From assembly GCA_963748625.1 (NCBI GenBank), contig CAVVJT010000004.1, positions 224,001 to 288,000 of the forward strand: 64,000 nt of DNA. The letters are read 5' to 3'. The notes under the pieces are model-generated. The model saw nothing but the letters and a program-made list of their open reading frames with translations, was not told where the DNA came from and did no database searches. Shown here in pieces: positions 21,469-29,600 of this stretch; the first letter of the stretch is position 1, and each line of letters starts with the position of its first letter. A program made the position numbers and the translations under genes. The stretch is from an uncultured Chloroflexia bacterium (GTDB lineage Bacteria; Chloroflexota; Limnocylindria; Limnocylindrales; CSP1-4).

Positions 21469-22320
21469 ATGACCGCCATCGCCGCCTCCCCCACCCCGGC
21501 CAAGCCGAGCGGCATCTCGGTCACCGTCCGCCGCATCCTCGACAAGTACCTGCTGATCGTCTACACGGTCCTGGCGGTCATCTACCTGCTGCTGCCGGTC
21601 GCGATCATCATCCTGTTCAGCTTCAACGACCCGGTCGGCAAGTCCAACGTCGTGTGGCAGGGCTTCACGCTCAAGTACTGGCTGAACCCGCTGGGCGTCG
21701 ATGGCCTGCCTGAGGCCGTGGGCCTGAGCATCGTGATCGCGATCCTCTCGACGCTCGCCGCCACGGTGCTCGGCACCCTGATCGCGCTGGCCCTGGTGCG
21801 CTACAACTTCGGCGGTCGCAAGGCGACCAACGCCCTGATCTTCCTGCCCATGGCGACACCCGAGATCATCATGGGCGCCTCGCTGCTCACGATGTTCGTG
21901 GCCATCGGGTCGGACCCGGTCTTCCCGCTCAACTGGCTCACCATCCTGATCGCGCACATCATGTTCAACATCAGCTTCGTGGTCACAACCGTGCGCGCCC
22001 GCCTGTCCGGCTTCCCGCGCCACCTCGAGGAGGCGGCGATGGACCTCTACGCGAACGAGGCGACGACCTTCTGGAAGGTGACGTTCCCGCTCATCCTGCC
22101 CGGGATCATCGCGGCGGCCCTGCTCGCGTTCAGCCTGTCGATCGACGACTTCGTGATCACGAACTTCACCGCCGGCAAGGCCCAGACCTTCCCGATGTTC
22201 ATCTACGCGAAGTACCGGATCGGCGTCCCGCCGCAGGTCAACGTCATCGGCACGATCATCTTCCTGATCGCCGTCGGCGCCGTCCTCCTCACGACCCTCA
22301 ACTCCCGCCGCAAGCACTGA
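21469..22320 (+). CDS. potC: polyamine ABC transporter permease
   Basis: LFSFN, GFTLKYW, LEEAAMDLYA..TFWKVTFP, SIDDFVIT. Confidence 0.92.
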   Translation: MTAIAASPTPAKPSGISVTVRRILDKYLLIVYTVLAVIYLLLPVAIIILFSFNDPVGKSNVVWQGFTLKYWLNPLGVDGLPEAVGLSIVIAILSTLAATVLGTLIALALVRYNFGGRKATNALIFLPMATPEIIMGASLLTMFVAIGSDPVFPLNWLTILIAHIMFNISFVVTTVRARLSGFPRHLEEAAMDLYANEATTFWKVTFPLILPGIIAAALLAFSLSIDDFVITNFTAGKAQTFPMFIYAKYRIGVPPQVNVIGTIIFLIAVGAVLLTTLNSRRKH

Positions 22321-22334
22321 GAGGCCTCGCACCC

Positions 22335-23666
22335 ATGACCGCTCCCGCCGGCTCCGAGCCCGGTCCCGCTTTCGCCGCCCCCCTGCCCGACCGCTCCGTC
22401 GTGCCGCCGGTCTGGGGCCGGATCACGAACCTCGCGGTGGACCGCGGCGAGGGCTCCTGGCTGATCACGACCGACGGCGAGCGGTACCTGGACTACACGT
22501 CCGGGATCGGGGTCACCAACACCGGCCATGCCCACCCCCGCGTGGTGGCCGCTGTCCAGGCGCAGGCGGCAAAGCTGCTCCACGGCCAGCAGAACATCGT
22601 CTACCACGAGGCGGGCCTGCGGCTGTACGAGCGCCTGCAGACCATCCTCCCCGGCGGACCGTGGAGCGCGTTCCTGTCCAACTCCGGCGCCGAGGCGGTC
22701 GAGGCCGCGGTCAAGCTGGCACGCGTCGCCACCGGGCGGCCGGTGATCATCGGCTTCCGGTACGCCTTCCACGGGCGCATCGGCAACGCGATGGCCCTCA
22801 CGGCGGCCAAGGACGTCTACCGGGCGGCATTCGAGCCGCTGGCGGGCTCCATCTACCACACCGCGTACCCGTACTGCTATCGGGCTGCCGGCGGCGCCCA
22901 TGACCCGGCCGCCTGCACATGCGACTGGGAGGAGCAGCTCGACCTGCTCTTCCATCAGATGATCTACCCGGACAAGGTCGCGGCGATCATCGTGGAGCCG
23001 GTCATGGGCGAGGGCGGCTATCTTGTGCCGCCGCCGGACTTCCTGCCCCGGCTGCGTGAGCTGACACGCAGGCATGGAATCCTGCTCATCGCCGACGAGG
23101 TCCAGACGGGCTTCGGTCGGACCGGCGAGCTGTTCGCGGTGCGGCACTGGGACGTGGAGCCGGACATCCTGGTCATGGCCAAGGGCATCGCGTCCGGCCT
23201 GCCGCTGTCGGGGATCCTTGCCCGCAAGGACATCATGGAGCGATTCGCGCCCGGCACGCACGGCGGCACGTACGGCGGCAATGTCGTGTCGTGCGCGGCG
23301 GCCAACGCCACCCTGGACGTGATCGAGGAGGAGGGCCTGGTCGCCAACGCCCGCGCGCGCGGCGAGCAGTTCCTGGCCGGCCTCCGCGCGCTGCAGGCGA
23401 AGCACGCGTCCATCGGCGATGTCCGGGGCCTCGGGCTCATGGTCGCGATGGAGCTGGTCCGGCCGGGCGAGGGCGACGGGCGCGTCGCGAACCCGGAGCT
23501 CACGAAGCGCATCCAGAAGGAGTGCTTCGACCGCAAGCTCCTGATGCTCACGGCCGGCACCTCGGTGAACGTCCTGCGGATCATCCCGCCGCTGGTCACC
23601 ACCGCCGACGAGGTGGGCCTCGCGCTGGGCATCATCGGGGAAGCGCTCGCAGCCGCGGGAGCGTAG
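22335..23666 (+). CDS. class III PLP aminotransferase (4-aminobutyrate/5-aminovalerate transaminase-like)
   Basis: [47 protein letters not shown]. Confidence 0.9.
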   Translation: MTAPAGSEPGPAFAAPLPDRSVVPPVWGRITNLAVDRGEGSWLITTDGERYLDYTSGIGVTNTGHAHPRVVAAVQAQAAKLLHGQQNIVYHEAGLRLYERLQTILPGGPWSAFLSNSGAEAVEAAVKLARVATGRPVIIGFRYAFHGRIGNAMALTAAKDVYRAAFEPLAGSIYHTAYPYCYRAAGGAHDPAACTCDWEEQLDLLFHQMIYPDKVAAIIVEPVMGEGGYLVPPPDFLPRLRELTRRHGILLIADEVQTGFGRTGELFAVRHWDVEPDILVMAKGIASGLPLSGILARKDIMERFAPGTHGGTYGGNVVSCAAANATLDVIEEEGLVANARARGEQFLAGLRALQAKHASIGDVRGLGLMVAMELVRPGEGDGRVANPELTKRIQKECFDRKLLMLTAGTSVNVLRIIPPLVTTADEVGLALGIIGEALAAAGA

Positions 23667-23692
23667 GCTTCGCCCCCAAGGAGGGGCCACCT

Positions 23693-24340
23693 ATGGCCAT
23701 CGACTCGGGTGACGCCGAGGCAGCCGCACGCGCGCGCCTCGAGGCGCTCTTCGCGTCCTTCGACCGGCTCACGCCCGACGAGCTCGGGCGGATCGGCCTC
23801 GGTGACTGGGACGACGAGCGCCACGAGGAGCTGCTCGACGCCGTCGATGCCGCCGCGGAGCGGACCGGCCGCGCGGCGCTCGTGGACGCGGCACGGGCGC
23901 GGGTGCGCGACGCCGTCGTCGCGCAGTACTCGGCAGGCACCCTCCACACGACCTGGGTGGATCTGAACTGGGGGCTCTCCCAGGGGACGGTCCAGGACCG
24001 TGTGGCCATCGTGGAGGTGCTCTCGGATGCCGCGGCGGCGGCCGTGCTGGCCGACGCCCTCGACCCGGACGACTACGAGGCCCTGTCCCTGCCGGCCGAG
24101 CACCTCGTCTCGATGGCCGGCGGCATGGCGTCGGAGGGCTCGCTCGGGCGCCAGATGGCCGTCCCGGCGGACCCGGACCTCGGGCGGCGGAAGGCCGTAC
24201 GGACGATGGTGGCTGTCGGCGCCGGGGGGATGGTGTTCGTCACCCTCCTGCCCCTCGCGTACGCCTTCTCTCTTCCTGCCGCGCCGATCTGGGCGCTGCT
24301 GGTCTCCATCGCCGTCGTGATGGTCGCCCTTCGGCGCTGA
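23693..24340 (+). CDS. hypothetical protein with C-terminal transmembrane hairpin
   Basis: SD AAGGAGG, GC3-rich frame, two hydrophobic C-terminal segments. Confidence 0.7.
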   Translation: MAIDSGDAEAAARARLEALFASFDRLTPDELGRIGLGDWDDERHEELLDAVDAAAERTGRAALVDAARARVRDAVVAQYSAGTLHTTWVDLNWGLSQGTVQDRVAIVEVLSDAAAAAVLADALDPDDYEALSLPAEHLVSMAGGMASEGSLGRQMAVPADPDLGRRKAVRTMVAVGAGGMVFVTLLPLAYAFSLPAAPIWALLVSIAVVMVALRR

Positions 24341-24371
24341 CAGCTCCGTCCCGCGCACAACCCCCCGGGCG

Positions 24372-24480
24372 CCCCATGTGGGGGGCGAATTGGGGGTTCG
24401 TGAGCGTGCTCCGAGTGCGAATGTCGCGGTTGGTCGCGCAGTGCGTGCGTGCGAGGTCCGGATTTGCCCCAGAGGTGGGG
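24372..24480. repeat. TIR mini-element family B, copy 2 (divergent interior)
   Basis: CCCCAtgtgGGGGCGAAT...ATTTGCCCCAgaggTGGGG; 109 bp like copy 1. Confidence 0.65.
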
Positions 24481-24507
24481 CAGAGCGGCGCCCGTCGGCG
24501 CTGACCC

Positions 24508-25350
24508 TCAGTCGGGAGCCTGCCGGAGCCGCTCCAGGATCTCGGCGTGGAGCAGCCCGTTGGAGCCCACGAACGACGGTGCGTCGATCCGGCGCTCGCC
24601 GTTGATGTCGGTCACCTTCCCGCCGGCCTCCTCGATCACGACCACCGGCCCAGCGAGGTCCCACGGCTTCATGCCCGTCTCGAACATCGCCTCGGCCGCG
24701 CCCTCGGCCACCAGCGCATAGCCCCAGAAGTCACCGAAACCGCGCTCCCGCCACGCAGCGCGGAGGAGCGCGTCGAAGCCGGGCATGTACCCGCTGTCCG
24801 CGGTGTCGCGCGCCGACCCGTAGAGCAGCTGCGCATCCTCCAATGCAGCCACCCTCGACACTCGGATCCGCCGCTCCCCGTCGAGGCCGCGGTTGAACGC
24901 TCCGCCACCGCGGTAGGCGAACCAGCGCTCCCGCATCGCCGGCGCCGAGATCACACCCACCTGCAGCTCACCCTCATGCTCGATCCCCAGCAGGGTGCCG
25001 AACAGCGGGACGCCCCGGATGTAGTTGTGGGTGCCATCGATGGGGTCGATGAACCAGCGCGTCGTCGTCGCGCCTTCCTCGACGCCGTACTCCTCGCCGA
25101 CCAGGCCGTGGTCCGGGTAGCGGGCCCGGATCCGCTCGCGGATCACGCGTTCGATGCCCTGGTCGGCGATCGTCACGAATGTGCGGTCCGGCTTGCGCTC
25201 GACGTCGAGGTCGCGCCGGAAGTGGCGCAAGGCGATCTCGTCGGCGGCGTCGCACAGCTCGAGGGCGAAGTCGGTCCACTCGCGCAGCGTGCCCTCGGGT
25301 ACCCGGGCGAGCGACGCGGACCACGCAGGGCCGAAGTCAGGGGCAGGCAT
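24508..25350 (-). CDS. hisN: histidinol-phosphate phosphatase (inositol monophosphatase family)
   Basis: KPDRTFVTIAD, GEE, WFIDPIDGTHNY, RGFGDFWGY, PWDLA..EEAGG. Confidence 0.85.
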   Translation of the reverse strand: MPAPDFGPAWSASLARVPEGTLREWTDFALELCDAADEIALRHFRRDLDVERKPDRTFVTIADQGIERVIRERIRARYPDHGLVGEEYGVEEGATTTRWFIDPIDGTHNYIRGVPLFGTLLGIEHEGELQVGVISAPAMRERWFAYRGGGAFNRGLDGERRIRVSRVAALEDAQLLYGSARDTADSGYMPGFDALLRAAWRERGFGDFWGYALVAEGAAEAMFETGMKPWDLAGPVVVIEEAGGKVTDINGERRIDAPSFVGSNGLLHAEILERLRQAPD

Positions 25351-25411
25351 TGGGTTCGGCAGGCGATGTCATGGCGCCATGATGCCCTGCCAGCCGCGGC
25401 CCGCGCGTGCC

Positions 25412-26426
25412 TCAGTGGCAGGCCCCGGCGGCCCGGTCGACGACCTGCCCGTCCACGTCGAGGAAGCGGATCGACCAGGAGCCGTCCGCCAGCACGGCCT
25501 CCACGACGCCGTACAGGGAGCTCTTGCGCACCACGGATCCGGGCGCCGGCGGCGTGCGGAAGCCGCGCAGGTCGCCGCCACCGGTGCCCACGACGATCTC
25601 CACGACGCCCGCGGAGTCCTCGTGCACCGGAGGCATCGAGCGGGGCGAACCGCTCGTAGTCGTGCTCGTGGCCGTTGAGCGCGAGGTCGACGCCGGCGTC
25701 GGCCAGCGTCCGCCAGATCTCGTCGACGGACCGTCGTGTCGCCGTGATACCCGCTGGACCAGCGCGGGTGGTGGAACAGGGCGACCGTGCACCGGGCATC
25801 GTTCGAGGCGAGGTCGTCGCGCAGCCAGGCGACCTGCGGCGAGTCCGGTCCGCAGCCGCCTTCGACCTTGCCGCAGTTGGTGTCCAGCACGAGCACGTGC
25901 CAGGCGCCGAGGTCGTCGGAGAAGTACGTCCGGCCCTCGCGAACGGCGGCCTCACCCATGTACTCCCGCAGCGGTGCGCCGTCGTCGGTCATGTAGTCGT
26001 GGTTGCCGCTCACCGCCCAGGCGATGCGGTCCTTGACGGGTCCCCACGACCCGCCGAAACACTCGGCCAGCTCCTTGCGGGTTCCGCTGGCGTACGCCGT
26101 GTCGCCGAGGGTGGCGATCGTGCCTGGCAGCGCCGCCGCAAGTGCGCCCGTCCGCTCGTCACCGTCGGACTCGCACTCGGCGATGTCCCCCACGGCGACC
26201 AGGATCTCCGCGGTGGCTGGCAGGGTCGACGGTTCGGGGTCCGGGGCCGGGGTACCCGGGGCCGGGGTACCGCCGGGGTGTCGCCTGCACCCGGCGCCGG
26301 CCGGTCCCGCATGACGCCACCGATCGTGATGACGCCCACGACCGCGATGGTCGCCACCAGTGCCAGCGCAAGCAGGCGGATCCGGCCGGCCCGGCCGGCA
26401 GCGAGGGATCGAGCGCGCGCAATCAC
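25412..26426 (-). CDS. membrane-anchored metallophosphoesterase (calcineurin-like); three apparent frameshifts
   Basis: GDIA, LGDTAY, GNHDY, HHPRWSSG, NGHEHDYER and VGTGG motifs are spread over different frames (breaks at about 26260, 25735, 25630). Confidence 0.82.
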
Positions 26427-26591
26427 GCCGTCACCCGGCCTTGCGCAGCAGCGCCCGCCACGTCGACACCTCCCAGGCTCCGGCCGCAACCCTCCGGGCA
26501 GCGACTCGAAACCCCACGGTAGCGGACACGGCCGGAGGGCGCCGGATCGAGGGCCGCCCGGTGACTGGTCACACGGGCGTGCGCAACGGGA

Positions 26592-26616
26592 GAGGCCCCG
26601 CCGGCGGCGGGGCCTC
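26592..26616. terminator. GC hairpin, probable terminator of the surface-protein gene
   Basis: gaggccccgcc-ggc-ggcggggcctc, a perfect 11-bp stem just past the stop; weak U-tract. Confidence 0.55.
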
Positions 26617-26642
26617 AGTCAGCCAGGTCTAGGCGCTCCGGA

Positions 26643-29600
26643 TCAACTCATGGTGGTCCGGTCACCGCGAGCGCGTGCACGAAGGCCGAGGAGGAGGAGG
26701 AGCATCGCCAGCGCGATCACCCCGGCCAGCGCGGGAAGCAGCGGCAGCGGGGACGACATGGCCGAGCCGACGATGCCAGCGAGGCCGCCGGTGTTCGTGG
26801 GCGGGGTCGTGCCGCTGGCCACGGTGAAGCTCTGCTGGACGGGTTCGGCCGGGCCGTGTGTGGCGTCACCCTGCTGCGAGGCCTCGATCGTGCAGGTGCC
26901 GGTGCCCACGATGGTGACCGTCGTCCCGGACACGGTGCACACCTTGGGGGTGAGCGACGTGTAGGTGACCGGGAGCCCGGAGTCCGTGGTCGCTGCCAGC
27001 TTCACGGTCTTGGTGTTCGTGGTGATGTTGGGCAGCGACGGGAAGGTGATCGCCTGCTCGATCTTCTCGATGACGATGTCCACGCTCCCGGACTGGTTCC
27101 TGTAGTTGCCGTTGCCGGTGAAGGTCCAGGCTGCGGTGCCTCCTGGGACGTTCGTGAACGAGGCGCCGAGGTCAAGCGTGCCGGGATCCTCGCCGTCGAC
27201 ACCCGTGCAGGAGCCGCTGGCGCCGTGCGGGCTGCCGTCGTAAGGACCGCTCCAGCCGTTGACGGTGCAATCGGCGTCAGCCTTGGTGATGACGATGTCG
27301 GCGGTGCCGCTGGTGTCCTTGTAGTTGCCGGTGCCGTCCGTGAAGGTCCAGGCGGCGGTGCCGCCCGGGACGTTCGTGAACAGGGTTCCCAGCACGAGTC
27401 CGGAGAGGGTCTCGCCCATGACGCCCGTGCAGGAGCCCGACGCGCCGTGGGCGGTTGCGTCGTAGGTGCCGGTCCAGCCGGAGACGGTGCAGTCGGCGTC
27501 GGCCTGGGTGACCTCGAAGCTCTGCGTCTCCGCAAGGGCCTCGTTCCAGTTGCCGTCGCCGGCCTGGGCGGCCTGGATGGTGCACGTCCCGACGGCAAGG
27601 ATGGTGACCGCCGCTCCGGAGACCGAGCAGGTCGCCGGGGTGAGCGAGCTGAACACCACCGGGAGGCCCGAGGTCGCCGTCGCGCTTGCCGTTACGGCAT
27701 TGCCATACACGGCATCGGGGATCGGATCGAAGGTGATCGCCTGGTCGGCCATGCCGATCTCGATGTCGACCGAGCCCGCGTCGTCGGTGTAGTTGCCGGT
27801 GGCGTCGGTGAAGGTCCAGTCGGCGGTGCCGCCCGGGACGTCCGTGTAGGAGGCGCCCAGGTCGAGGCCGGCGAGGGTCTCGCCCATGACGCCCGTGCAG
27901 GTGCCGGACGCGCCGTGGGCGCCGCCGTCGTAGGTGCCGGTCCAGCCGGTGATGGTGCAGACCGGGTCGGCCATGCCGATCTCGATGTCGACCGAGCCCG
28001 CGTCGTCGGTGTAGTTGCCGGTGGCGTCGGTGAAGGTCCAGTCGGCGGTGCCGCCCGGGACGTCCGTGTAGGAGGCGCCCAGGTCGAGGCCGGCGAGGGT
28101 CTCGCCCATGACGCCCGTGCAGGTGCCGGACGCGCCGTGGGCGCCGCCGTCGTAGGTGCCGGTCCAGCCGGTGATGGTGCAGACCGGGTCGGCCTTGGTG
28201 ATCTCGAAGGTCGTCGAGTCGCCGCTCGGGTAGTGGTTGGCGTCGCCCCCGAAGCCGGCAAAGGCGGTGGCCGTGCCGACGGCGGTGTTGCCGGTGTAGC
28301 CGACGACCGGGAGGACCTGGTTCAGGCCGCCGGCGCCGGTCACCGACGCGCTGCACGGCGTCTGGGGATCACCGGTGTAGGTGACGCTGGCCGGGCAGGT
28401 GACGGTCGTGGTGGACGCGGCCATGCCGATCTCGATGTCGACCGAGCCCGCGTCGTCGGTGTAGTTGCCGGTGGCGTCGGTGAAGGTCCAGTCGGCGGTG
28501 CCGCCCGGGACGTCCGTGTAGGAGGCGCCCAGGTCGAGGCCGGCGAGGGTCTCGCCCATGACGCCCGTGCAGGTGCCGGACGCGCCGTGGGCGCCGCCGT
28601 CGTAGGTGCCGGTCCAGCCGGTGATGGTGCAGACCGGGTCGGCCATGCCGATCTCGATGTCGACCGAGCCCGCGTCGTCGGTGTAGTTGCCGGTGGCGTC
28701 GGTGAAGGTCCAGTCGGCGGTGCCGCCCGGGACGTCCGTGTAGGAGGCGCCCAGGTCGAGGCCGGCGAGGGTCTCGCCCATGACGCCCGTGCAGGTGCCG
28801 GACGCGCCGTGGGCGCCGCCGTCGTAGGTGCCGGTCCAGCCGGTGATGGTGCAGACCGGGTCGGCCTTGGTGATCTCGAAGGTCGTCGAGTCGCCGCTCG
28901 GGTAGTGGTTGGCGTCGCCCCCGAAGCCGGCAAAGGCGGTGGCCGTGCCGACGGCGGTGTTGCCGGTGTAGCCGACGACCGGGAGGACCTGGTTCAGGCC
29001 GCCGGCGCCGGTCACCGACGCGCTGCACGGCGTCTGGGGATCACCGGTGTAGGTGACGCTGGCCGGGCAGGTGACGGTCGTGGTGGACGCGGCCATGCCG
29101 ATCTCGATGTCGACCGAGCCCGCGTCGTCGGTGTAGTTGCCGGTGGCGTCGGTGAAGGTCCAGTCGGCGGTGCCGCCCGGGACGTCCGTGTAGGAGGCGC
29201 CCAGGTCGAGGCCGGCGAGGGTCTCGCCCATGACGCCCGTGCAGGTGCCGGACGCGCCGTGGGCGCCGCCGTCGTAGGTGCCGGTCCAGCCGGTGATGGT
29301 GCAGACCGGGTCGGCCATGCCGATCTCGATGTCGACCGAGCCCGCGTCGTCGGTGTAGTTGCCGGTGGCGTCGGTGAAGGTCCAGTCGGCGGTGCCGCCC
29401 GGGACGTCCGTGTAGGAGGCGCCCAGGTCGAGGCCGGCGAGGGTCTCGCCCATGACGCCCGTGCAGGTGCCGGACGCGCCGTGGGCGCCGCCGTCGTAGG
29501 TGCCGGTCCAGCCGGTGATGGTGCAGACCGGGTCGGCCATGCCGATCTCGATGTCGACCGAGCCCGCGTCGTCGGTGTAGTTGCCGGTGGCGTCGGTGAA

